Source: an uncultured delta proteobacterium
Lineage (GTDB): Bacteria; Myxococcota; Myxococcia; Myxococcales; Myxococcaceae
Direction: 5' to 3'
NCBI GenBank assembly: GCA_963796055.1
Contig: CAWCKH010000002.1
Coordinates: forward strand, 64,001 to 128,000
DNA length: 64,000 nucleotides
Shown here: piece by piece, positions 23,168-31,945 of the stretch
Layout: every line of letters starts with the position of its first letter
Numbering within the stretch: position 1 is the first letter of the stretch
Program-made: the position numbers and the translations under genes
Notes under the pieces: model-generated
The model's database searches: none
What the model saw: the letters and a program-made list of their open reading frames with translations, nothing else
Told to the model about the DNA's origin: nothing

Positions 23168-23265
23168 TGGTGACGGTTCTCCATGAGATTTTCGCAGCCC
23201 TGGATGTACGCCAGGGCGACGACGAAGAAGACGACGGTCAGTGCGATGAAGATGAGATCAGCCAT
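23164..23265 (-). CDS. 33-aa single-TM peptide upstream of kdpF
   Basis: MADLIFIALTVVFFVVALAYIQGCENLMENRHQ; GGGAGAG RBS; ATGA overlap with kdpF. Confidence 0.75.
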   Translation of the reverse strand: MADLIFIALTVVFFVVALAYIQGCENLMENRHQ

Positions 23266-23279
23266 TCGTTCGGCTCTCC

Positions 23280-24368
23280 CTAGAAGGCGGCCACTGCGCC
23301 GAGGACGATCAGGCCCTGGCTCTGGACCTTGCCCAGGCTCCCGTCCGGGAGGACAGTGGAGTTGCTGAAGACAGAGGCGGTGGAGTGATCGTAACGGCCC
23401 TCGAGCTTGAGGATCAGGATGTCCCAGGGCCGGTATTCGACGGTGAGCGTGCCCTCGGTCAGCGTCTGGGGGGTTCCACTGATGAATCCCTGCGCGTCCC
23501 GGTAGTACTCGACGCGTAGCGCTGCGGCCCATTTTGGCGAGAGCTGCTGGCGAAGGTAGAGCCCTGCCCCGTGCCAGTAAGCAGCGTCCGTGGCCGGGCG
23601 CTGCTGCATGCCGGCATCGAGGCTCAGGCCGAGCTTGGTCGACTCGGTCACGTCGAGCAGCCAGAGCAGATTGCCGTAGTAGCGCCAGTCACCGTTGTCG
23701 TTGTCCAGCTCGGGGCCGATGAAGGTGTTGAAGGTCAAGGTGCTCGGGCCGGCCTTCCAGGCGACCTGGGTACCGATGGCCTTCCCGTTGTTGTTGTCCC
23801 CGATGCGCTGCCAGCCGTTCAGGAGGTGGAACTGCACCGACCAGGCGTCGTCGAAGGCGTACGAGAACTTGATCCCCGTCTGGTAGTACGGCGAAAACTC
23901 ACCGAGCCAGGAGCGGGTGTAGTTCCAGTTGCCCTGACTCGCCAGGCCCTCCATCCCGATGTGGCTGGGGTAGATGCCGCCTTCGATCACCAGCCCGCGA
24001 CCCACCGGGACCTTCGCCGACACCGACGCCTGCTGCACGTACTGCCAGACGTCGGGACCGGCGGCCGGTCCGACGAGCTCGCCGGAGTGCACCACGTTCG
24101 CTCCGGTGCCGGCGGCGACCCAGAGGTGGAAGCCGACGGGCTCGGGATCCTTCACCAGCTCGATGGAGGCGAGGTTCACGGACGCCTCGTTGGCTCGCTT
24201 GGCGCTGGTCCCGACGCCGGGAAACCAGTTGGCGTGGTCCGCAGGCCCGTTGGTGTTGACGTCGGCGTAGACGTCGACGGCGCCGTGGACCTGGATTCCC
24301 AGGGGAAGGTCGGCCCCGGCAGCCGGCAGCGCGGTCGCCAAGAGCAGCGTGGAGAGGGCGTTTCGCAT
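23280..24368 (-). CDS. Outer-membrane beta-barrel porin (BBP2/DUF1597-like)
   Basis: Signal peptide, GAVDVY, NWNYTRS, PYYQTG, amphipathic strands, C-terminal Phe. Confidence 0.8.
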   Translation of the reverse strand: MRNALSTLLLATALPAAGADLPLGIQVHGAVDVYADVNTNGPADHANWFPGVGTSAKRANEASVNLASIELVKDPEPVGFHLWVAAGTGANVVHSGELVGPAAGPDVWQYVQQASVSAKVPVGRGLVIEGGIYPSHIGMEGLASQGNWNYTRSWLGEFSPYYQTGIKFSYAFDDAWSVQFHLLNGWQRIGDNNNGKAIGTQVAWKAGPSTLTFNTFIGPELDNDNGDWRYYGNLLWLLDVTESTKLGLSLDAGMQQRPATDAAYWHGAGLYLRQQLSPKWAAALRVEYYRDAQGFISGTPQTLTEGTLTVEYRPWDILILKLEGRYDHSTASVFSNSTVLPDGSLGKVQSQGLIVLGAVAAF

Positions 24369-24385
24369 TTTGGCCGCCCTGGCTC

Positions 24386-24401
24386 AGCAGGAACCGAGCC
24401 A
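24386..24401 (-). promoter_or_regulatory. Putative sigma54 (-24/-12) promoter for the porin-kdp operon
   Basis: Minus strand TGGCTCGGTTCCTGCT (GG-N10-GC). Confidence 0.55.
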
Positions 24402-24532
24402 TCCGACCGCCCCGGCCAGAACAGGGGCCATTGGCCTCGCGGGCCTGCATTTCGCAAGGCCGACGAGCGTCCACCCATGCAGGTTGCACGTGTCTCCCCC
24501 CGTCCTCCTGTTCGGTCACGCCGGGGCGATGG

Positions 24533-24549
24533 TGGCACGCATCGTGCCC
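24533..24549. promoter_or_regulatory. Palindromic sigma54-like site readable on both strands
   Basis: Plus TGGCACGCATCGTGC; minus GGGCACGATGCGTGC; both GGCACG with GG-N10-GC. Confidence 0.55.
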
Positions 24550-24570
24550 TGGTGAGTCCCTGATCGATCG

Positions 24571-24909
24571 ATGGGCAGCGGCTCCGACAGGTCTTCCGTC
24601 TTCACTGCACGCCGGGCACAGGAGTCCGTGCCCTGGCTGGTCCGGCTCCTCCTGCTGCTCGCGGTGGCGCTCGTGGTGGGGGTGTGGGGCTGGCTGCGGA
24701 ACGCCGACTCGCGGGCGCTGGCGAGCATGAACCCGGATCTCCGACGGGAGCTCTACGTCCGGAGCCGAGCCGAGGCGGAGGTGCTGTGCGCTCGGCCCGA
24801 GCTCGAGGACGAGTGCCGAGCCCGGGTCGAGTTCCTCTCACGCTTCCCCGAATGCGACACGAGCTGTCGCGAGCTGGTGGCGCATCAGCTTCGGCAGCCC
24901 ACCCGCTGA
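24571..24909 (+). CDS. Hypothetical small membrane-anchored protein with four Cys
   Basis: TM segment LVRLLLLLAVALVVGVWGW followed by a helical domain with C..C..CxxxC. Confidence 0.6.
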   Translation: MGSGSDRSSVFTARRAQESVPWLVRLLLLLAVALVVGVWGWLRNADSRALASMNPDLRRELYVRSRAEAEVLCARPELEDECRARVEFLSRFPECDTSCRELVAHQLRQPTR

Positions 24910-24933
24910 CTGACTCCCGGACCACCGTGACGG

Positions 24934-26022
24934 TCAGCCCGGTCGCGGACCGACGTAGCGCGATTCGGGACGGATGAGCCGCCCGGTCCGGCGTTGCTCC
25001 TCGATGTGCGCCAGCCAGCCGACGACGCGCCCGCAGGCGAACAGCGGGCTGAACGCCTCGCGGGGGAGTCCGAGCGCGTCCAGCAGCACCGCGGTGTAGA
25101 ACTCCACGTTGGCCCGCAGCGGCCGGTCCGGGTAGCGGCGGCCGAGGACGTCCTCCGCGGCACGCTCCACCGCCCGCGCCAGCTCCAGCCGCGGGGTGCG
25201 GTGGCCCTCCTTCTCCAGGCGCTCCACCGCCCGCTCCAGCACCGCCGCCCGCGGATCGCGCGTCCGGTAGATGCGGTGCCCCATGCCCATGATCCGCCGG
25301 CCGGCGAGCAGCTCGCGCTCCAGCCACCCGGCCGCGGCCTCGGGCCGGCCGATGGCGTCGAGCATGTCCAGCACCGGCCCGGGGGCTCCGCCGTGCAGCG
25401 GTCCCTTCAGCGCACCCACTGCCCCCACCACCGCCGACACCGCGTCCGATCCAGTGGAGGCGATGACCCGCGCGGTGAAGGTGGAGGCGTTCATCCCGTG
25501 GTCACTGACCGTCACCAGATACGTCTCCAGCCCGGTGGCCCGATGGGTGGTGGCCTTGCCGCGGAGCATCGACACCAGGTCTTCGGCGTGCCCCGCCTCG
25601 GGATCGGGTGCCAGCGGGGCGAGCCCCTCCCGGCGGCGCCACCAGGCGGCAGTGAACACCGCGGTGGCCGCGGTGAGTCGGACGGCGACGTCCCAGCTGC
25701 TGCCCTCCGCGGGGAGCTGCGCCAGCGCACCCCGGAGCGCGTCCATCCCATCCGGCGCGAGAAGCGCACGGCCGAGCCACTCCATCTGCGCGAAGGCCCA
25801 CACCCGCTCGCGACCGAGGGCGCGGCGGAGCTCGGATGCCGGCGTCGCACCGGGAATGGCGCTCCAGAGCTCGCGGCACAGCTCCTCGAAGGAGGCCCGC
25901 CCGGCGAGCGCCTCGACGTCGTGGCCGGCGATCACCAGCCGGCCGCGCTCGCCGTCCACCTCGCTGAGGGAAGTATCCGCCACCACCACCCCCTCCAGCC
26001 CCGATGCCGCCGAGCCCGTCAT
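24934..26022 (-). CDS. Citrate synthase / methylcitrate synthase family enzyme
   Basis: GLEGV, DHGMNASTF, GPLHGGA, MGMGHRIY and NVEFY; GGAGG RBS before ATG 26022. Confidence 0.92.
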   Translation of the reverse strand: MTGSAASGLEGVVVADTSLSEVDGERGRLVIAGHDVEALAGRASFEELCRELWSAIPGATPASELRRALGRERVWAFAQMEWLGRALLAPDGMDALRGALAQLPAEGSSWDVAVRLTAATAVFTAAWWRRREGLAPLAPDPEAGHAEDLVSMLRGKATTHRATGLETYLVTVSDHGMNASTFTARVIASTGSDAVSAVVGAVGALKGPLHGGAPGPVLDMLDAIGRPEAAAGWLERELLAGRRIMGMGHRIYRTRDPRAAVLERAVERLEKEGHRTPRLELARAVERAAEDVLGRRYPDRPLRANVEFYTAVLLDALGLPREAFSPLFACGRVVGWLAHIEEQRRTGRLIRPESRYVGPRPG

Positions 26023-26061
26023 GTGCACCTCCGGTCCAACCTGTCCTAGCGTGGGTCTCAT

Positions 26062-27309
26062 ATGGATCCACCTGGATTCGACAATCCACATGAGGCCCTG
26101 GTGGACGCGCGCGAGGCCGCCCGCATCCTGAGGGTGAAAGTGGCCACGCTGTACTCTTACGCCAGCCGCCGATGGGTGCGCTCGTTCCCGTCCGGACGGC
26201 ACCGCGAGCGACGCTATCTCCGCGACGATCTGGAGCGGCTCCGGCACCGGGCGGACGCCCGGCTGGGCCACGAGGCGGTCGCGGCCGGCGCGCTCCGGTG
26301 GGGAGAGCCGGTCCTCAGCTCGGCGCTGACCGAGATCCGACCCGACGGTCCGTCGTACCGGGGACACCCGGCGGTGGAGCTCGCCCGCACCGCCCCCTTC
26401 GAGGCGGTGGCCGAGCTCCTCTGGACGGGCGTCCTCCCCGCGACCCGCCCGGTCTGGCGGCGCCCGCGGACCCTCCCCTCCGGACTCCCGCGCGGGCCGG
26501 TGGACCCCATCGACGCGCTCCTCTCCGGCCTGTCCGCCGTCCGGCTCGCCCGGCAACGCGCGCGGGCCAGGTGGGCCCGGGCAGCCGGGCCACGCTCCCG
26601 CCCCCTCGCCGCGACGGATTCCGGGGCCCCCGAGCTGGTGTGGACCCTGGTCGGGCTCGTGGCCGCCGCCACGGGACGCCGCCCCACCGACGCGCTCGCC
26701 GCGCCCGACGGGGCCTCCGGCGTCCAGCGGGCACTCGGGGCACCGGCCCGCGGGGCGCGCCTCATCGAGGCGACGCTGGTGGCCTGCGCCGACCACGAGC
26801 TCAACGCCTCCTCGTTCGCCGCCCGGGTCGCGGCCTCGACCGGCGCGGACATGGAGGCGTGCCTCCTCGCCGCCCTGGCAACGTTCAGCGGTCCTCGGCA
26901 TGGCGCCGAGAGCTTGCGGGTCCAGGCGGTGGTGTCCGAGGCCGACCGCCCCGAACGTGCCCGGGCCACCCTCCTCGCCCGGGTGCGGCGCGGGGAGGCG
27001 CTGCCCGGGTTCGGCCACCCGCTGTATCCCTCCGGCGATCCGCGGGGTGCCCTCCTCCTGGCGCTCGCCGCGCAGCAGCCGCGGCCCGGTCGAGCACTGG
27101 CCACCCTCGATGCGCTGGTGGCCGAAGCGGCGCGGCTCGGCCTCGGTGCGCCGACGGTCGACGTCGGGCTCCTCGCCGTCGCCCATGCGCTGCAGCTTCC
27201 GCCGTGGGCCGGGCAGGTGATGTTCTGCATCGGCCGCAGCGCCGGCTGGATCGCCCACGTCGCCGAGCAGCGGAGCTCGAGCGAGCTGCTGCGTCCTCGC
27301 GCCCGTTAG
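26062..27309 (+). CDS. HTH (excisionase/MerR-like) fused to a citrate synthase-like domain
   Basis: AREAARILRVKVATLYSYASR HTH; DHELNASSFAAR, GPRHG and GFGHPLY. Confidence 0.88.
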   Translation: MDPPGFDNPHEALVDAREAARILRVKVATLYSYASRRWVRSFPSGRHRERRYLRDDLERLRHRADARLGHEAVAAGALRWGEPVLSSALTEIRPDGPSYRGHPAVELARTAPFEAVAELLWTGVLPATRPVWRRPRTLPSGLPRGPVDPIDALLSGLSAVRLARQRARARWARAAGPRSRPLAATDSGAPELVWTLVGLVAAATGRRPTDALAAPDGASGVQRALGAPARGARLIEATLVACADHELNASSFAARVAASTGADMEACLLAALATFSGPRHGAESLRVQAVVSEADRPERARATLLARVRRGEALPGFGHPLYPSGDPRGALLLALAAQQPRPGRALATLDALVAEAARLGLGAPTVDVGLLAVAHALQLPPWAGQVMFCIGRSAGWIAHVAEQRSSSELLRPRAR

Positions 27310-27340
27310 GTGGGCCCACGCGCGCCAGAAGCGCGGTGAG

Positions 27341-27399
27341 ACAGCAGAGATCGGTTGGGCTGGTCGCGAGGACCGATCAGCCCAGCCGATTTCTGCTGT
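27341..27399 (+). repeat. 26-bp-arm inverted repeat (hairpin) with 7-nt loop
   Basis: Arms 27341-27366 and 27374-27399; the three non-Watson-Crick positions are all G-U on the + strand. Confidence 0.9.
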
Positions 27400-27415
27400 A
27401 GGGTCGCCGCCGAAC

Positions 27416-28237
27416 ATGCGCACCCTCCAGGGAAAGACGCTCTTCATCACCGGCGGGAGCCGGGGCATCGGGCTCGCCATCGGCCTCCGGGCCGCGCGCG
27501 ACGGGGCCAACGTCGCCATCGCCGCCAAGACCACCGAGCCCCACCCGAAGCTGCCCGGCACGCTCTTCACCGCCGCCGAGGAGATCGAGAAGGCCGGTGG
27601 TCGGGGCCTTCCCTGCGTGGTGGACATCCGGTTCGAGGATCAGGTCCATGCTGCGGTGGAGCAGACGGTGAAGACCTTCGGGGGCATCGACATCCTGGTG
27701 AACAACGCCAGCGCCATCCACCTCTCGGGCACGCTGCAGACCCCGATGAAGAAGTGGGATCTCATGCACGGCATTAATGCACGAGGCACCTTCCTCTGCT
27801 CCCAGGCCTGCCTCCCGCATCTGAAGAAGGCGAAGAACCCGCACATCCTCAACAACTCTCCGCCGCTCAGCCTGGAGGCGCGCTGGTTCGCGCCCCACGT
27901 GGCCTACTCGCTGGCCAAGTTCGGGATGAGCTTCTGCGCCCTGGCGATGGCCGAGGAGTTCCGCGACGAGGGAATCGCGGTGAACACCCTCTGGCCGAAG
28001 ACCATCATCGCCACCGCCGCGGTGCAGAACCTTCTCGGGGGCGACGACACCGTTCGCGGAAGCCGCAAGCCGGAGATCATGGCCGACGCCGCCCACGCCA
28101 TCCTCACCCGCCCCAGCCGCGAGTTCACCGGCCACTTCTGCGTGGACGAGGACGTGCTCCGGACGGAGGGGGTGACCGACTTCTCGAAGTACTCCACCGT
28201 GCCCGGCGCCGAGCTGATTCCGGACTTCTTCCTCTAG
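27416..28237 (+). CDS. SDR oxidoreductase (HSDL2-like)
   Basis: TGGSRGIG, PHPKLPGT, NNAS and YSLAK motifs. Confidence 0.93.
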   Translation: MRTLQGKTLFITGGSRGIGLAIGLRAARDGANVAIAAKTTEPHPKLPGTLFTAAEEIEKAGGRGLPCVVDIRFEDQVHAAVEQTVKTFGGIDILVNNASAIHLSGTLQTPMKKWDLMHGINARGTFLCSQACLPHLKKAKNPHILNNSPPLSLEARWFAPHVAYSLAKFGMSFCALAMAEEFRDEGIAVNTLWPKTIIATAAVQNLLGGDDTVRGSRKPEIMADAAHAILTRPSREFTGHFCVDEDVLRTEGVTDFSKYSTVPGAELIPDFFL

Positions 28238-28247
28238 GGAGGCTCCC

Positions 28248-29465
28248 ATGGACTTCAGCACTCCGCCGCGCGTCGCCGATCTCCTCCCCGCCATCCACGC
28301 GTTCGTCGGCGAGCGGATCCAGCCGCTGGAGAAGCGCATGTCCGAGGGCTGGGCGGTGCTGGAGCCGGAGCTGGAGCGCATCCGCGGCGAGGTGAAGGCG
28401 CGCGGCTGGTGGGCGCCGCACTTCCACCGCGAGCACGGGGGGATGGGGCTGTCGCTGATGGAGTTCGCCTTCGTCAGCGAGGAGCTGGGCCGCACCCCGC
28501 TCGGCCACTACAGCTTCCACTGCCAGGCGCCGGACGTGGGGAACATGGAGATCCTCCACGAGTTCGGGACACCGGAGCAGAAGCGCACCTGGCTCGAGGC
28601 GCTCGCCACCGGGCGGATCCGCAGCTGCTTCTCCATGACCGAGCCTGGAATGCCGGGCTCGAACCCCGCCTGGATGGGGACCCGGGCGCGGCTCGAGGGC
28701 GACCGGTGGGTCATCGATGGGCGGAAGTGGTTCACCACCGCCGCCGAGGGCGCGGCCTTCGCCATCGTCATGGCGGTGACCGACCCCGAGGAGGCCAACG
28801 TCTACACCCGGGCGAGCCAGATCATCGTCCCCATGGACACCCCGGGCGTGCGGCTGGTCCGGAACATCCCGGTGATGGGCGAGGCGGGCGGAGGGTGGGC
28901 GTCGCACGGGGAGATCTCCTACGAGAACGTCCGGGTACCGGCGGCGAACCTCCTCGGTGAGCGCGGCGCGGGCTTCGTCATCGCCCAGGCCCGGCTCGGC
29001 CCGGGCCGCATCCACCACTGCATGCGGTGGATCGGCATCTGCCAGCGCGCCTTCGACCTGCTCTGTGACCGCGCCGTCGCCCGCGAGCTGTCCCCGGGGC
29101 GGCCGCTGGGCCTGAAGGGCACCATCCAGCAATGGATCGCCGAGAGCCGGGCGGAGATCGACGCTGCGCGGCTGCTGGTGCTCCACGCCGCGTGGCGCAT
29201 CGACCGGGACGGCGCCTACGCCGCCCGGGACGACATCTCGATGATCAAGTTCGTGGTGGCCAACACCCTCTTCCGGGTGCTCGACCGGGCCATCCAGGCC
29301 CACGGGGCGATGGGCATCACCGACGACACCCCGCTGGCCTGGTGGTTCCGGCACGAGCGCGGGGCGCGCATCTACGACGGCCCGGACGAGGTGCACCAGG
29401 CCTCGGTGGCCCGCCACATTCTCCGGGCGCACGGGCTGCCCGACCGGAGGGGCGGCGCAGGGTGA
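28248..29465 (+). CDS. Acyl-CoA dehydrogenase (ACAD10/11-like)
   Basis: APDVGNMEIL, FSMTEP, RLGPGRIHHCMR and IYDGPDEVH motifs. Confidence 0.95.
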   Translation: MDFSTPPRVADLLPAIHAFVGERIQPLEKRMSEGWAVLEPELERIRGEVKARGWWAPHFHREHGGMGLSLMEFAFVSEELGRTPLGHYSFHCQAPDVGNMEILHEFGTPEQKRTWLEALATGRIRSCFSMTEPGMPGSNPAWMGTRARLEGDRWVIDGRKWFTTAAEGAAFAIVMAVTDPEEANVYTRASQIIVPMDTPGVRLVRNIPVMGEAGGGWASHGEISYENVRVPAANLLGERGAGFVIAQARLGPGRIHHCMRWIGICQRAFDLLCDRAVARELSPGRPLGLKGTIQQWIAESRAEIDAARLLVLHAAWRIDRDGAYAARDDISMIKFVVANTLFRVLDRAIQAHGAMGITDDTPLAWWFRHERGARIYDGPDEVHQASVARHILRAHGLPDRRGGAG

Positions 29466-30550
29466 CCTCGCTCGATCCGACCCGGCCCGTCCGCCCCGGC
29501 GAGGAGCTGGACTCCGATGCGCTCCGCCAGCTGTTCGACCGATACGCTCCCGAGATCACCGGCCCGGTGGTGGTCGAGCAGTTCCCGAAGGGGCACTCCA
29601 ACCTCACCTACCTCCTCAAGGTTGGCGGCACCGAGCTCGTCCTCCGCCGTCCACCGAAGGGCGCCAAGCAGATCAAGGCCGGCCATGACATGCGCCGCGA
29701 GTACACGGTGCTGACCCGCCTCCGGACCGTCTGGCCCAAGGTGCCGCGCACCCTGTTCTACGTCCCCGAGGAGGAATCGCCCTTCGGCGCCCAGCTGTAC
29801 GTGATGGAGCGAGTCCAGGGGCTCATCCTCCGCGGGACCAGGCTTCCACCGGACGTTCTGCTCGATGCCGCCGGGATGCGCGCCGTCTCCGAGACGCTGG
29901 TGGACACGCTGGTCGAGCTCCACGCGGTGGACCCGGCTGCCGCTGGCCTCGCCGACTTCGGGAAGCCGCAGGGCTACGTGGAGCGCCAGGTCACCGGCTG
30001 GACCGAGCGCTACGCCCGGGCCCGGACCGACGACGTTCCGGACATGGAGCGGCTCGCAGGCTGGCTGGCCTCGCACCTCCCGCCGGACCGACCGGGGGCG
30101 ATCATCCACAACGACTTCAAGTACGACAACGTGGTGCTCGACCCGGCGGCCACGACCAAGGTCCGGGCGGTGCTCGACTGGGAGATGGCCACGCTCGGCG
30201 ACCCGATCTCCGACCTGGGCATGACGCTCGCCTACTGGTTCGAGCCGGGCGAGGCGGAGATGGTGGGCCCGGCCGCGTTCGGGCCGACGGCGCTCCCTGG
30301 CAACCTGACCCGGGAGGAGATCGTCCAGCGCTATGCCACCCGGAGCGGCCGTGCGGTGGACGACGTCGTCTTCGAGTACGTGCTCGGCCTGTTCAAGGTC
30401 GCGGTCATCGCCCAGCAGATCTACTTCCGGTACCGGCAGGGGCTCACCCAGGACGAGCGGTTCGCCGGGCTCGGCTTCGCGGTGGCGCTGCTCGCCCAGG
30501 TGGCGGCGCGGGCGGTGGACAAGAACCGGATCAGCAAGCTGCTCGACTGA
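29462..30550 (+). CDS. APH/phosphotransferase family kinase
   Basis: GHSNLTY, LRRPP, HDMRRE, HNDFKYDN and LDWEM; GTGA overlap with the ACAD gene. Confidence 0.93.
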   Translation: MTSLDPTRPVRPGEELDSDALRQLFDRYAPEITGPVVVEQFPKGHSNLTYLLKVGGTELVLRRPPKGAKQIKAGHDMRREYTVLTRLRTVWPKVPRTLFYVPEEESPFGAQLYVMERVQGLILRGTRLPPDVLLDAAGMRAVSETLVDTLVELHAVDPAAAGLADFGKPQGYVERQVTGWTERYARARTDDVPDMERLAGWLASHLPPDRPGAIIHNDFKYDNVVLDPAATTKVRAVLDWEMATLGDPISDLGMTLAYWFEPGEAEMVGPAAFGPTALPGNLTREEIVQRYATRSGRAVDDVVFEYVLGLFKVAVIAQQIYFRYRQGLTQDERFAGLGFAVALLAQVAARAVDKNRISKLLD

Positions 30551-30562
30551 GCGGACCCGCGT

Positions 30563-31945
30563 TCAGGCCGAGTCGCTCTCGCGGAGCTGGACGCCACAGC
30601 CGATCTGCAGCTCGAATCGCCCCCGCCTCACGGGGCGGATCTGCACCTCGGGGCACTTCTCCTCCAGTCGCTTTCGCAACAGGATCAGCCGCGACTCGAG
30701 GTTGTCCCGCAGCTCGGGAAGCCCCAGTGAGTCATCGAGCCGCAGCTCGCGGTTGCTGAACTCGGTCCGGCCGTTCGCCGCGTGGCACCGCAGCAGCTTC
30801 CAGAGAATCTTCGCCGGGATGTTCCGGATGAGGTACTCGCCGTCGACGAAGATGCAGTCGTCGTTCCGGAACAGCTGGAACACCCGGGTGCGCGCCGCGG
30901 ACGGGCCGCTCCCGCCCCGCTGCCCCGGGCCCGGCGCCGGCTCCCCCTCCTCCTCCGCGCTGCTGGCCCGATCGATGCCCAGGGCGATCTGGTTGGCCAG
31001 GATGTTGAGGAAGGTCTCGGTCCAGGCGTCGAACGCCATCGCCTCGCGGCTCTCGAGGGCCAGCACCCCCACCAGCCGGTCCCCCACCAGCAGCGGCAGC
31101 GCCAGCTGGGCCTGCGCGTCGGGCAATCCGGGGAGAGGGATCTCCGGAGCAGCCGGCGCCTTCCCGGCGTGCTGCAGCTCGGCGCGGATGGTCCGCCAGT
31201 ACCGGAGCTCGGCGCCTACCCCCGCGACCCGCATCGGACGCCGGCGCGCCGCCACTGTGCCGATCAGCCCCTCGTCCAGCGGGACCTCCGCCCCCACCCC
31301 GCCCGACCCGTAGCCGTGGCTGGCGGTGGTGACCAGATGCCCGCGCTCGTCGGGGAGGAGCACCATCGAGTGACGAAACCCCAGCTCCTCGTCCAGGGCC
31401 TGCAGCCCGTTCTCCAGCAGCACCTCGAGGCAGCTGGCCCGGTTCACCCGATCGGAGATGGCCCGGAGGCTCCGGAGCTCCCGGGCCATCGCGTCCAGCA
31501 CCCCGGTGGTCGGCTGCGGTGGGTCGAGGCGCGGGTCCGCCGGGAGGAAGTAGTGGGTGAGCTGCTCGACCGAGAGCACCTCATACACGTCCGCGGATCG
31601 GAGCTTGAAGATGCCCAGCATCCCGGTGTGCGAGGCGATGACTTGAAGTCGAGCCGACATTTCCTCGAACAGCGGCCCCTCGCTCTCGCAGTGGTCGAAC
31701 CGCAGCTGCAGCCGGTACAGGTGGTACGTCACCGGAGCGAAGACCAGGATCGTCGCGTGGGGGTTCTCGCGGACGTTGCGCTGGGTCTTGTTGAAGAACT
31801 GGTGCGAGAGCGCCACGTGCTTCTCGTCCACCAGGTGCACCTGGCTGATCTCGGTGACGTTCGGCTCACCCTCCAGGGAACAGGTGGCCATCATCGCCGG
31901 GATGACGCCCTCGAAGCAGGGGGCGATGTCGCGCAGCGGAATCAT
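30563..31945 (-). CDS. PNPOx-like split barrel + GAF + winged-HTH protein
   Basis: CFEGVIP..QFFNKT..N.RENP N-domain; GAF (GLIGTVA, PLLVGDRLVGVL); C-terminal ILWKLL..NLESRLILLRKRL. Confidence 0.8.
   Translation of the reverse strand: MIPLRDIAPCFEGVIPAMMATCSLEGEPNVTEISQVHLVDEKHVALSHQFFNKTQRNVRENPHATILVFAPVTYHLYRLQLRFDHCESEGPLFEEMSARLQVIASHTGMLGIFKLRSADVYEVLSVEQLTHYFLPADPRLDPPQPTTGVLDAMARELRSLRAISDRVNRASCLEVLLENGLQALDEELGFRHSMVLLPDERGHLVTTASHGYGSGGVGAEVPLDEGLIGTVAARRRPMRVAGVGAELRYWRTIRAELQHAGKAPAAPEIPLPGLPDAQAQLALPLLVGDRLVGVLALESREAMAFDAWTETFLNILANQIALGIDRASSAEEEGEPAPGPGQRGGSGPSAARTRVFQLFRNDDCIFVDGEYLIRNIPAKILWKLLRCHAANGRTEFSNRELRLDDSLGLPELRDNLESRLILLRKRLEEKCPEVQIRPVRRGRFELQIGCGVQLRESDSA

Noticed and set aside
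26062..26260. Excisionase marking a prophage or integrative element
   Set aside because: The HTH is fused to a citrate synthase-like domain; no integrase, att repeats or phage genes are seen.
24934..27627. 897-aa extended citrate synthase
   Set aside because: The N-terminal extension is antisense to two real genes; an RBS supports the start at 26022.
29462..30550. Aminoglycoside resistance gene
   Set aside because: Motifs and coupling to the ACAD gene point to the metabolic ACAD10/11-type kinase subfamily.
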